DNA from: Macrostomum hystrix
Taxonomy: Eukaryota > Animalia > Platyhelminthes
Assembly (NCBI GenBank): GCA_950097015.1
Contig: CATNEN010000003.1
Location: 6,696,001-6,760,000 of the forward strand
Length of the DNA: 64,000 bases
Reading direction: 5' to 3'
Within the stretch, counting starts at the first letter, position 1; each line of letters opens with the position of its first letter. Below are positions 1 to 12,140 of this stretch, piece by piece. The position numbers and the translations under genes were made by a program. A model generated the notes under the pieces. The model ran no database searches, was not told the origin of the DNA, and worked only from the letters and a program-made list of their open reading frames with translations.

Positions 1-947
1 GAGAGTGAATGAGTGAATCTGAGAGTGAATGAGTGAATCTGAGGAGAGTGAATGAGTGAATCTGAGAGTGAATGAGTGAATCTGAGGAGAGTGAATGAGT
101 GAATCTGAGGAGAGTGAATGAGTGAATCTGAGGAGAGTGAATGAGTGAATCTGAGGAGAGTGAATGAGTGAATCTGAGAGTGAATGAGTGAATCTGAGGA
201 GAGTGAAATAGTGAATCTGAGGAGAGTGAATGAGTGAATCTGAGGAGAGTGAAATAGTGAATCTGAGGAGAGTGAATGAGTGAATCTGAGGAGAGTGAAT
301 GAGTGAATCTGAGGAGAGTGAATGAGTGAATCTGAGGAGAGTGAAATAGTGAATCTGAGGAGAGTGAATGAGTGAATCTGAGGAGAGTGAATGAGTGAAT
401 CTGAGGAGAGTGAATGAGTGAATCTGAGGAGAGTGAATGAGTGAATCTGAGAGTGAATGAGTGAATCTGAGGAGAGTGAATGAGTGAATCTGAGAGTGAA
501 TGAGTGAATCTGAGGAGAGTGAATGAGTGAATCTGAGAGTGAGTGAGTGAATCTGAGGAGTGTGAATGAGTGAATCTGAGGAGAGTTAATGAGTGAATCT
601 GAGAGTGAGTGAGTGAATCTGAGAGTGAGTGAGTGAATCTGAGGAGAGTGAATGAGTGAATCTGAGAGTGAGTGAGTGAATCTGAGGAGAGTGAATGAGT
701 GAATCTGAGAGTGAGTGAGTGAATCTGAGGAGAGTTAATGAGTGAATCTGAGAGTGAATGAGTGAATCTGAGAGTGAATGAGTGAATCTGAGAGTGAGTG
801 AGTGAATCTGAGAGTGAGTGAGTGAATCTGAGAGTGAGTGAGTGAATCTGAGGAGAGTGAATGAGTGAATCTGAGAGTGAGTGAGTGAATCTGAGGAGAG
901 TGAATGAGTGAATCTGAGAGTGAATGAGTGAATCTGAGAGTGAATGA
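1..947. repeat. Minisatellite, 20/23-bp unit gagagtgaatgagtgaatct(gag)
   Basis: Directly visible; runs off the window start. Confidence 0.95.
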
Positions 948-1628
948 GATAGATAACGAGTGATTCAAATTAAAAGTGTGAATCAGATAGTTATTCACGC
1001 CCCTACTAAAAGGATTGGGTCGGTCCCGACACCTCTAATCCATCAAGTCCAAGCTAAGGCCCAATCAGGCCCCATGTCAGAGCGGCTAAGATCGGTCAAA
1101 AAAACGATGAGCCAAAATTACTGGACAAACACGCGCGCAGCTTAGATTATTTATACAATCTCGTAGGAGACAGTTCAAGCGAAAGCGAATCCCAAACAAT
1201 CTTAAATCCCGAAACTAATGGTCAAGCCTTCATCTGCCTGAGTTCCAAGGAAAAAAGAAGAGAAAAAGCATGTTGCCAAGAGAGTGTGAGAGAGAACCAA
1301 AGAACCCGTTCATTCCAGATCTTTATCGACGAGTGTGGGTAAAAATTGTGGGATTCTGTTTTCTTCCATCTTCTAAACGAAGCAGTTTTACACAAGATTG
1401 CTCTTTCAATCTGGCCTGGTTTCGCATCCTTGCAAATTTCTTGCCGGCTCTAAGCAGTATCATTGAGAATAGAGAAATTAGTTCGAATGAAAATTTTACT
1501 TTGTTGCATTTCGCGATTATATCAAATCATTCGGGATATCAAATCATCAAATTATTTGTTTATAAGCTATTTTTAGCACCTAAGATCAGATTTCCAGCGT
1601 CCGATAAGATAATTTTATTTGTTAAATA

Positions 1629-2065
1629 GGGTCATTTGTCATGCGCTGATAACGTGATCTGTGCGTGATGCTAATTTTAGCATCCAATGCTTGCTAGCAC
1701 ATACTCGTAGCAAGCTTCGATTTGTCAAACAGGGTCATTTGTCACGCGCTGATAACGTGATCTGTGCGTGATGCTATTTTCAGCATCCAATACGAGCACA
1801 CGGCAAGCTTTGATTGTTAAAAAGGGTCGTTTGTCACGCGCTGATAACGTGATCTGTGCGTGATGCTATTTTCAGCATCCAATACGAGCACACGGCAAGC
1901 TTTGATTGTTAAAAAGGGTCGTTTGTCACGCGCTGATAACGTGATCTGTGCGTGATGCTATTTTTAGCATCCAATACGAGCACATGGCAAGCTTTGATTG
2001 TTAAAAAGGGTCGTTTGTCACGCGCTGATAGCATGATCTGTGCGTGATGCTAATTTTAGCATCCG
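1629..2065. repeat. Tandem repeat, about 92-bp unit, about 4.7 copies
   Basis: gggtcgtttgtcacgcgctgataacgtgatctgtgcgtgatgct... recurs at about 1629, 1731, 1824, 1916 and 2008. Confidence 0.9.
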
Positions 2066-2639
2066 TTTAGAGAATAAAAAGCTTTGACTAGTTAAAATAA
2101 AGTGTAAATTTAAAAGCTCAACTGAGAATGTGACGCCCCCACACGGTACATTTCTACAGCACGGTGGTTGTTCGTACTTAACAAGCGACATGCGAGCGTA
2201 AACCAGAGGGAAAAACTCCAGTTCTTCTCAAAGTTTGCCAATTATATCTGCTGATCCGCTGATAAAGTGCAGCAAACTGCTAGTAGATTTGACAAGCTGA
2301 ACACGATACCCGAATTCCCAAAGTCCCAACTCGACAGAGTTAGTTGCTAGCTTGAAAAAAATTCACCAAAAACCGCCGTATTGAGTTTCCACAAGTCCCG
2401 CGAGACTTCAGTAGAGGCTCTTTAAATTTAAGGCGACTTTCAAAACCGACAGTATGATAATTCTGACCCACACAAATTTAAGCATGAAGTTAGAAGCTGC
2501 ACCAATAATGTCCTGTTTAACTAAAACAAACAGCGTAAAATCACAGTTGATTAAGGTAGGATTTGACCGTACTTCAAATTAAGTGATTTGTGATGGTTCT
2601 GGCAAAAACTCGAGCTATGTGAACAATATTAGCCTCAAT

Positions 2640-3230
2640 AGCTACCTGTCAATCAGCTAACTATTAGCTCCATTTTCTACCTCTGAATCTGCCAACTATT
2701 AGCTCCATTTCCCACCTGACAATCAGCTAACTATTAGCTCCATTTCCCACCTGTCAATCAGCTAACTATTAGCTCCATTTTCTACCTCTGAATCTGCCAA
2801 CTATTAGCTCCATTTCCCACCTGACAATCAGCTAACTATTAGCTCCATTTCCCACCTGTCAATCAGCTAATTATTAGCCTCATTTCCTACCTGTCAATCA
2901 GCTAATTATTAGCCTCATTTCCCACCTGTCAATCAGATAATTATTAGCTCCGTTTTCTACCTGTCAATCAGCTAATTATTAGCCTCATTTCCTACCTGTC
3001 AATCAGCTAATTACGAGCTATTAGCCTCATTTCCCACCTGTCAATCAGATAATTATTAGCTCCATTTCCTACCTGTCAATCAGCTAATTATTAGCCTCAT
3101 TTCACACCTGTCAATCAGATAATTATTAGCCTGATTTCCCACCTGTCAATCAGCTAACTATTAGTCTCATTTCCCATCTGTCAATCAGCTAATTATTAGT
3201 CTCATTTCCCATCTGTCAATCAGCTAATTA
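2640..3230. repeat. Minisatellite, 35-36-bp unit
   Basis: ctattagctccatttcccacctgtcaatcagctaa repeated. Confidence 0.9.
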
Positions 3231-3859
3231 AAATTTGTCCTTTTCTAGATGTTAGTAAAAAAAAACCAAGATCCTTAAGAAGAACACTTTGACTCGAAAA
3301 CATTACGAGAAGTAATATTTTTGTCCGATTTCAAAGCAATTTGGTCGTTAAAAAGGCATGAAAAAAGCAAGTATTTTATTCTATTAAACTTTTTTTCGTT
3401 ATCTATATTTTAGACAAAAATCAATTAAACAAAAAACAAAGAAAGAGACAAGTAAGGAAACACCCTTCACTTTTTAATACGCGTGTTAATTATATAAAAA
3501 TCGATTCTAAACTAAAAATAATGGCGTTATAATCAAGAAAAGCAGATAATGACAATTATCAGTAATGCACATTCACATTACTAACAGTAGGGCTAGCGAA
3601 GAAAACAATACATTTTTTACAAAGAAATACATTTGTCCAGACCGACAACGAGAGAAGGAGTGATAATGACATGGTAAATGGAAAGACAGATTACTATCAT
3701 CCAGGCCAGTAAAATTGGGAACAGCCAATAGTTTTAGACGGTAATGGATTAATAATCTTGATAATCTCACCTCTGGTGATTATTAGATTAAAAGGAAAAC
3801 AATAGAGGGAAGTAGAGGAGATAGGAGACAGAGAGAGTGAGATTAGAGGATAATATTAA

Positions 3860-4112
3860 AAGGTGAGAGTAGATGGTGAGAGAGTAGAGGGTGATAGAGT
3901 AGATAGGCGGTGAGAGAGTAGATAGGCCGTGAGAGAGTAGAGGATGAGAGAGTAGATAGGCCGTGAGAGAGTAAATAGGCGGTGAGAGAGTACATGGTGT
4001 GAGAGTAGAGGATGAGAAAGTAGATTGGTGGTGAGAGAGTGGAGGGTGAGAGAGTAGATAGGTGGTGAGAGAGTAGATGGTGAGAGAGTGGAGGGTGAGA
4101 GAGTAGATAGGT
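3860..4112. repeat. Degenerate purine-rich repeat abutting the SINE
   Basis: gagagagtagataggtggt-like units. Confidence 0.75.
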
Positions 4113-4116
4113 GGCC

Positions 4117-4256
4117 AAAACAGCTGGGTGAACTGAAGCAATGCAGAGTTAAGTGTCTTGCTAAAGGACGCAAATTGTTCGAGTGGAGTCGGGAATCGAA
4201 CCCCCGACCTTCAAGTCGTGAGTCCGATGCCCTAACCACTAGGCTACAACCTCTGC
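4117..4256 (-). mobile_element. tRNA-derived CORE-like SINE, 3'-truncated copy just downstream of the phosphatase stop
   Basis: Minus strand has A box TAGCCTAGTGG, B box GGTTCGATTCC, then gtcctttagcaagacacttaactctgcattgcttcagttcacccagctg (CORE-like). A second copy is at 23.5-24.5 kb. Confidence 0.8.
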
Positions 4257-4353
4257 TTTTGTATACATCATATACAAAAAGACAAAAAGTAGAACATTTT
4301 TTCTAGCTGTACGATAAGACAAATTCGGTAATGAAACAAATGGGAATCAAAAG

Positions 4354-6943
4354 TCACTCATCGGGATCTGAATTGCACAAAGCGTTGTAGCTTGAAAAAC
4401 CCAGCGATTCAACTAGGCCGCTCCTAGCAAACTTCAACAGCTGATCAACGCTGCATCCGCCACGGCCGCTGCTGCTGTTGCAGAAAGCTAATTTGCTAGT
4501 TAAATCTCTGCCATTGTAAAGCACTCTAAACTGGCGATTGCTGAGCAGTTCAAAGGCCAAATTGGCAGCTAAGCGGGGCCAGACGCCATCCCAGATGCCC
4601 AGAGAGCTGAGCAGAGCTTCAATAGTGTGATCGTGACCAGCAAATAGAGACAGGCCGGCTGCTGTTGGCGAACTGTTAGCGGCGGACAGTCGCTCAGCGA
4701 GGTCTAGCAGCAGCGGATTGGAGTGACCGGCTGCTAGCCGACTTGCTCGGAGCTGCCTATTCGACATCAACAATCTGGTAACTGAGTTGTGCGCATCCAG
4801 AAGGTCGGTTGGCGAGTCCAGCATCCAGGCGGATGTTGACGGCTCATGACGCTTGAGAATCGAACTAGTGGAATTGCCTGTCCAACAGCGCAGCGGCAAG
4901 AGTACATCCAGCAGGGCTGAGTCCTTAATTGAGCTGTCTAGCTGTGAGCTGTGAGTGGATTGGAAATTTGTTGATTGATTGAATTCAACTCAAGCGTACT
5001 CTAGTGTGCTTAAGCGTACTCTAGTGTGCTCAAGCGTACTCTAGTGTGCTCAAGCGTACTCTAGTGTGCTCAAGCGTACTCTAGTGTGCTCAAGTGTTCT
5101 CTAGTGTGCTTAAGCGTACTCTAGTGTGCTCAAGCGTACTCTAGTGTGCTCAAGCGTACTCTAGTGTGCTCAAGCGTACTCTAGTGTGCTCAAACGTACT
5201 CTAGTGTGCTCAAGCGTACTCTAGTGTGCTCAAGCGTACTCTAGTGTGCTCAAGCGTACTCTAGTGTGCTCAAGCGTACTCTAGTATGCTCAAGCGTACT
5301 TAAGTGTGCTCAATGGTACTCTAGTGTACTTAAGCGTACTCAAGATTATTCTAGCGTACTCAAACGTATTGTACTTAAACTTAGTGTACTCAAATGTTGT
5401 GCACTCAAATTTTGTGCATTCAAATGTTGTGTACTCAAATGTTGTGTACTCAAATGTTGTGTACTCAAACGTAATGTACATAAACTTATTGTACCCAAAC
5501 GTAGTGTAGTGTACTCAAATGTAGAGTACCCAATGGGAGCTACTCACCGGTAGTTTTCCAGCAGCTCACTGTAGTGCCGCTCTCTCAGTCTCCATCGTTT
5601 CCTGTTGATTTTGCGGGTCAAACGTGGCAACAACGGACAGGCCGGACACTCGCCCGGTCCCGGGCACAGACGAAAATCAGCCACAACCTCCACTGGTTGA
5701 CTCACGGCCAGACTCTCGGCGTTGGCAACGCTGGCCAAATCAGTAGACGAAGTATCGGCGTCGCCGACAAAGTAGCCGTACAGCACGGCGCTGAGTGTGT
5801 TGAGGGCGCGCGGCGAAGCGCTACTGCGCGCGTGCGATATTCGAGGAGCGCTGTTGGCGGCCGAAAAGTGGGCGCCGTACGAGCGACGCAGAGCACGGCC
5901 AAGTTGATAGGCCTGGAGAAAATGAAGATCGAATTTTAATGGCAATTGAAATCAGTCTAGTGGAGTGAGGCGGGTGTCCAATGGAGTGAGGTGTTTATCT
6001 CTTGGAGTGAGTTGTTTATCTCTTGGAGTGAGGTGTTTATCTCTTGGAGTGAGTTGTTTATCTCTTGGAGTGAGGTGGTTGTCTATTGGAGTGAGGTGGT
6101 TGTCTATTGGAGTGAGGTGGTTGTCTATTAGAGTAAGGTGGTTGTCAATTGGAGTGAGGTGGTTGTCCATTGGAGTGAGGTGGGTGCCTAGTGGAGTGAG
6201 GTGGCTGTTTATCGGAGTGAGGAGGTCGTTAAGTGGAACGGGGAGGGTGTCTAGTGGAGGTAGATATCGAGTGGAGTGAGTTTGAAAGGCCGATCAAGGA
6301 AACGCACCTGCAACACTCCGATGGGTGTCAGCTGTCCGGGCTGGCAAAGGTTGGCTTCTTCATAAAATTTCCTATTCGAATTCGAGCTTCCAGCTGCGGC
6401 AGCATCAGCAGCAGCAGCAACGGGAGAAGAATAAGTATGTATCAGTTTTGGTAAGCGTTCTATCATTCTTCGCGTCGGCCCGTCCAAGTCTGCCAATCCT
6501 CGCCATTCTCTTGTCGAAGCCGCCTCAAACAGTCGACAGGTTCGATCTCTGTAGGCGTCGCTGAGAATTCGAGAATTGTCTAGTCTACTCAGCGGCATTC
6601 GATCGCCGTGGCGGAAAACTACAAGCAGTGCGCGCACCCGACTAGCGTCGGAATCAGCCGGCGACAATCTTGCCAGTTCTCGGCGATGCCATCGAGCCGT
6701 GTGCAGCGGCGAATTGCAGTAGCGGGCCACTTCCGATTTCAGCTGCTCATCGTGGACATTGTCTTCAACTGGCTGAGGCAGTTTGAATCTCTGCAGATTG
6801 GAACCGCTGATAGCACTGCCAGTTAACAGCCAGTTCGACTGCACAGTAGACACGTAGATTAATATCGCCGACACTGCGGACAGGCAGGCGACTGTCGCTA
6901 GGCAGCGACGAACTCGGCGACTGCCAGCAATGTGCCGACGAAG
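4354..6943 (-). CDS. Histidine acid phosphatase, 2-phosphoxylose phosphatase (PXYLP1/ACPL2)-like, type II membrane protein; exons 6943-6308, 5912-5548, 4948-4354; no genomic ATG found
   Basis: RHGDRMP catalytic motif, CQPGQLTPIGVLQ, and a GHDHT (HD) motif. N-terminus is basic residues followed by a hydrophobic anchor (RRVRRCLATVACLSAVSAILIYV). GT-AG introns 6307-5913 (phase 0) and 5547-4949 (phase 2) join the exons in frame (about 531 codons). Confidence 0.85.
4988..5520. repeat. 20-bp minisatellite filling the last phosphatase intron
   Basis: caagcgtactctagtgtgct, degenerating rightwards. Confidence 0.9.
5955..6280. repeat. 21-bp minisatellite in a phosphatase intron
   Basis: tggagtgaggtggttgtctat; same family as 8508-9540. 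Confidence 0.9.
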
Positions 6944-7019
6944 CTGCGGGATAAGGAAGCAAATTTTTCATTTAAATTACTGGAACTTCAAGGAATGTAA
7001 TGTTGGATAGAGGAGTCGG

Positions 7020-7790
7020 GTGGTTGACTAGAGAAGTGGGTTGGTAGGCTAGAGAAGTGAGGTGGTTGGCTAGAGAAGTGGGGTGGCTGGCTAGAGAAGT
7101 GGGGTGGTTGGCTAGAGAAGTGAGGTTGTTGGCTAGAGAAGTGGGGTGGTTGGCTAGAGAAGTGGGGTGGTTGGCTAGAGAAGTGAGGTTGTTGGCTAGA
7201 GAAGTGAGGTGGTTGGCTAGAGAAGTGGCGTGGTTTCCTTAGGAGTGGGTAGTTGGCCATAGGGAAGTGGGGTGGTTGGCTAAGGAGTGGGTGGTTGGCC
7301 ATAGGGAAGTGGGGTGGTTGGCTAAGGAGTGGGTGGTTGGCCATGGGGAAGTGGGGTGGTTGGCTAAGGAGTGGGTGGTTGGCCATAGGGAAGTGGGGTG
7401 GTTGGCTAAGGAGTGGGTGGTTGGCCATAGGGAAGTGGGGTGGTTGGCTAAGGAGTGGGTGGTTGGCCATAGGGAAGTGGGGTGGTTGGCTAAGGAGTGG
7501 GTGGTTGGCCATAGGGAAGTGGGGTGGTTGGCTAAGGAGTGGGTGGTTGGCCATAGGGAAGTGGGGTGGTTGGCTAAGGAGTGGGTGGTTGGCCATAGGG
7601 AAGTGGGGTGGTTGGCTAAGGAGTGGGTGGTTGGCCATAGGGAAGTGGGGTGGTTGGCTAAGGAGTGGGTGGTTGGCCATAGGGAAGTGGGGTGGTTGGC
7701 TAAGGAGTGGGTGGTTGGCCATAGGGAAGTGGGGTGGTTGGCTAAGGAGTGGGTGGTTGGCCATGGGGAAGTGGGTTGGTTGGCTTGAGG
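7020..7790. repeat. 21-bp array grading into a homogeneous 42-bp array
   Basis: ggctagagaagtggggtggtt, then ggccatagggaagtggggtggttggctaaggagtgggtggtt. Confidence 0.92.
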
Positions 7791-8507
7791 AGAGGAGTGT
7801 CGTGGTTAGCTGGAGAGGGTAGTTATTGGTTTGAACAGAAACAAAAACCGAAAAGAGGAGTAGTGTTTGTCAGACACATTTTTTTATTTTCCTGACAGTC
7901 AAAAATCGGAAGCCGAGCACAGCTTGGCAAAAAAACGATTTGAGAAAATTTGGACAATGCATTGTTTTATATAAATCGGATCATATTGCATGCGTTGTTG
8001 ATAGGAAAAAACATTCATGAGTGCATGAATTCAGCAATACGAGGGGATAAGAAATGTTACGTCACTGTTGTTGCTTTTCTAATCATCGCAATTTTGTTAA
8101 CGACAAAGTGCTAGTATGGATAAAAAGCATGCAGAAGGGTAAAAATTTACGGTGTAGATATGAAGAATAAATTAAAAATGTATGCATTGAAAGAGCCATA
8201 TAGGCATAATTTACGTTAGAATAAAAGGCAATGCACTTCATTATTAGAGCACAAAATAGTTTTTTAAAATACAAAAAATTACTTTTGCTGCCAAAACGTA
8301 ATAAAAGATAAAAAAAGCAAAACAATGTTATAAATAATTTTACGAAATGCGCCGTGCAAAAATATAAATCAGTTTACAATTCATTTTTGGGTAGTTCAGT
8401 CGGAATGAGTATTGTTTTATGTTCCGTAACAAAAAACACTAAAAATAACAAATTTTAACAAATTAATAACAACCGGATTTTAGAGTTTGACTCTCAAGAG
8501 TCATTGA

Positions 8508-9540
8508 GAGTGAGTTGGTTGTCTATTGGAGTGAGGTGGTTGTCTATTGGAGTAAGTTGGTTGTCAATTGGAGTAAGGTGGTTGTCAATTGGAGTGAGGT
8601 GGTTGTCCATTGGAGTGAGGTGGTTGTCTATTGGAGTTAGGTGGTTGTTATTGGCGTGAGGTGGTTGTCTATTGGAGTAAGTTGGTTGTCAATTGGAGTA
8701 AGGTGGTTGTCAATTGGAGTGAGGTGGTTGTCTATTGGAGTAAGTTGGTTGTCAATTGGAGTAAGGTGGTTGTCAATTGGAGTGAGGTGGTTGTCCATTG
8801 GAGTGAGGTGGTTGTCTATTGGAGTAAGGTGGTTGTCAATTGGAGTGAGGTGGTTGTCCATTGGAGTGAGGTGGTTGTCTATTGGAGTTAGGTGGTTGTT
8901 ATTGGCGTGAGGTGGTTGTCTATTGGAGTAAGTTGGTTGTCAATTGGAGTAAGGTGGTTGTCAATTGGAGTGAGGTGGTTGTCTATTGGAGTAAGTTGGT
9001 TGTCAATTGGAGTAAGGTGTTTGTCAATTGGAGTGAGGTGGTTGTCCATTGGAGTGAGGTGGTTGTCTATTGGAGTAAGTTGGTTGTCAATTGGAGTAAG
9101 GTGGTTGTCAATTGGAGTGAGGTGGTTGTCCATTGGAGTGAGGTGGTTGTCTATTGGAGTTAGGTGGTTGTTATTGGCGTGAGGTGGTTGTCTATTGGAG
9201 TGAGGTGGTTGTCCATTGGAGTGAGGTGGTTGTCAATTGGAGTGAGGTGGTTGTCAATTGGAGTGAGGTGGTTGTTATTGGCGTGAGGTGGTTGTCCATT
9301 GAAGTGAGGTGGGTGTCTATTGGAATGAGGTGGGTGTGGGTGTAAATTAGAGTGAGGTGGTTGTTAAGTGGCGTGAGGTGGTTGTTAAGTGGCGTGAGGT
9401 GGTTGTCTATTGAAGTTAGTTGGGTGTGTACGAGCGTATCGGAATGAGGTGGGTTTAAATTGGAGTGAGTTGGCAGTCTCTTGAAGTGACGTGCGTTTCT
9501 ATCGGAGTGAGGTGGCTGTCTCGTTGAGTGAGGAGAGTTA
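8508..9540. repeat. 21-bp minisatellite
   Basis: ttggagtgaggtggttgtcta with a degenerate right end. Confidence 0.92.
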
Positions 9541-9597
9541 GCCATTAAGAGAGTACACTCAAAACGTAGAAAATAAAAAGCATTAGTCGGTCACTAA

Positions 9598-10140
9598 TCA
9601 AAGAGGCCGATTCGGCACTGATTCAATCAGCGAATCTTGCTCATCGATTGAAACAAGAGGTTCGGTCATAGAGGCGGACAATGCGGCAGGCACTGGTGTG
9701 CTAGAAGCACGGCCAATATTCATCGAATAGTCATCAACAATGACCAGCTTTGATAATGACAGCAAGTCAATGAAAACAGCTTCGTCATCCTCTTTGCAAG
9801 ATTCGCACGTATTAGTTTGACTATTATTAAAATGCCTGTCAGTTGTCACGATCGATGACAATTCAATACTGAGATCGGCTGGAGACATTGCGCGTACCAG
9901 TCGGCTGCTGCTGCTGCTGCTGCTGCTTTTTGTCTCCGCTAATGAGGATGCAGCATCGTCGGGTTGACAAAGTGGAATAGTACAACTTGTTAAACTGTTC
10001 TCCACGATAATGAGGTTATTCATATTTGAATTGGACTGGACTAGGTGAAAGCAACGACATCCGCGAGTCACGTGACGCAGGATTAACCGTTTCAATTGAT
10101 CGCAACTTGGCTCCCAGTTGTTGCATTGCGAGCCAAACAT
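9598..10140 (-). CDS. Hypothetical 180-aa protein (Cys-containing N-terminus, Ser-rich), no recognised family
   Basis: Non-repetitive ATG-to-TGA ORF in a unique island between two tandem arrays. A tttcag acceptor-like site lies about 30 nt upstream of the ATG, and it has a poly-Ser run like other exons here. Confidence 0.4.
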   Translation of the reverse strand: MFGSQCNNWEPSCDQLKRLILRHVTRGCRCFHLVQSNSNMNNLIIVENSLTSCTIPLCQPDDAASSLAETKSSSSSSSSRLVRAMSPADLSIELSSIVTTDRHFNNSQTNTCESCKEDDEAVFIDLLSLSKLVIVDDYSMNIGRASSTPVPAALSASMTEPLVSIDEQDSLIESVPNRPL

Positions 10141-10224
10141 TGCTTATGAATGCGATCAATGATGACTGCAACTGAAATATTTGATTTAAAGCTGTAACTA
10201 CAAATAACAAATGCTTAACTGTCA

Positions 10225-11710
10225 CTGACTTTGATTACACTCTATACCCTATATTGATTTTGAATACACTCTACCCTAAAATGACTTTGAGTACACTCTG
10301 CCCAATACTGTATTGTTAAGAAGACTGTGTATCCTTTACAAATTTTGAGTACACTCTATACCCGATACTGATTTTGAGTACACTCTACCCGATACTGATT
10401 TTGAGTACACTCTACCCGATACTGATTTTGAGTACACTCTACCCGATACTGATTTTGAGTACACTCTACCCGATACTGATTTTGAGTACACTCTACCCGA
10501 TACTGATTTTGAGTACACTCTACCCGATACTGATTTTGAGTACACTCTACCCGATACTGATTTTGAGTACACTCTACCCGATACTGATTTGAGTACGCTC
10601 TAACCGATACTGATTTTGAGTACACTCTACCCGATACTGATTTTGAGTACACTCTACCCGATACTGATTTTGAGTACACTCTACCCGATACTGATTTTGA
10701 GTACACTCTACCCGATACTGATTTGAGTACGCTCTAACCGATACTGATTTTGAGTACACTCTACCCGATACTGATTTTGAGTACACTCTACCCGATACTG
10801 ATTTTGAGTACCCTCTACCTAAATTCTGATTTTGAGTACCCTCTACCTAATTCTGATTTTGAGTACACTCTACCCGATACTGATTTTGAGTACACTCTAC
10901 CCGATACTGATTTTGAGTACACTCTACCCGATACTGATTTTGAGTACACTCTACCCGATACTGATTTTGAGTACACTCTACCCGATACTGATTTTGAGTA
11001 CACTCTACCCGATACTGATTTTGAGTACACTCTACCCGATACTGATTTTGAGTACACTCTACCCGATACTGATTTTGAGTACACTCTACCCGATACTGAT
11101 TTGAGTACGCTCTAACCGATACTGATTTTGAGTACACTCTACCCGATACTGATTTTGAGTACACTCTACCCGATACTGATTTTGAGTACCCTCTACCTAA
11201 ATTCTGATTTTGAGTACCCTCTACCTAATTCTGATTTTGAGTACACTCTACCCGATACTGATTTTGAGTACACTCTACCCGATACTGATTTTGAGTACAC
11301 TCTACCCGATACTGATTTTGAGTACCCTCTACCTAAATTCTGATTTTGAGTACCCTCTACCTAATTCTGATTTTGAGTACCCTCTACCTAAATTCTGATT
11401 TTGAGTACCCTCTACCTAATTCTGATTTTGAGTACCCTCTACCTAATTCTGATTTTGAGTACACTCTACCCGATACTGATTTGAGTACACTCTACCCGAT
11501 ACTGATTTTGAGTACACTCTACCCGATACTGATTTTGAGTACACTCTACCTAAATTCTGATTTTGAGTACACTCTACCCGATACTGATTTGAGTACACTC
11601 TACCCGATACTGATTTTGAGTACACTCTACCCGATACTGATTTTGAGTACACTCTACCTAAATTCTGATTTTGAGTACACTACCCAATACTGACTTTGAG
11701 TACACTCTAT
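10225..11710. repeat. 27-bp minisatellite
   Basis: gattttgagtacactctacccgatact and variants. Confidence 0.95.
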
Positions 11711-12140
11711 TTTATGTCTAAAACTTGTACCCCCTATACTAAAAACGAGTTACACACTAAAATAATTCTGAAATAGAACAACAGAAGAATAAGAATTAAG
11801 TGGAAGATTTGATACACTTTTTGGAACTGAGGACAAAAATGACAAGCGATCAATAAAGCTTAGAGTTTATTTCAGATCCTTTATTTTTATCTAATAAAAA
11901 CTATTAGAAAACTAGACAAAACAACTTTGAATTTTCTACTAGTGCTGTTGGAAGTAGTAGGACAGAGTGTTAAGCATTAGTAACTAGATAATGTACTAGA
12001 AATGAACACTTTACGCAATTGTTTAAGGACCATTTTGCTATTTTATTTTATCTTAGATAATTATAAATCAATACAGATTTAATCTAGTTTGTTTTAGAAA
12101 CAACTTTGTTATAAAATCAAAGCCGGAAAATAAACAATTT

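Noticed and set aside
4185-4252. tRNA gene (Val-CAC-like)
   Set aside because: Acceptor and anticodon stems are imperfect and it continues into a CORE-like body present in a second copy, so it is called a SINE head.
6765-6971. ATG at 6971 as the phosphatase start
   Set aside because: It is in a different frame, terminates at 6765 and lies upstream of the acceptor.
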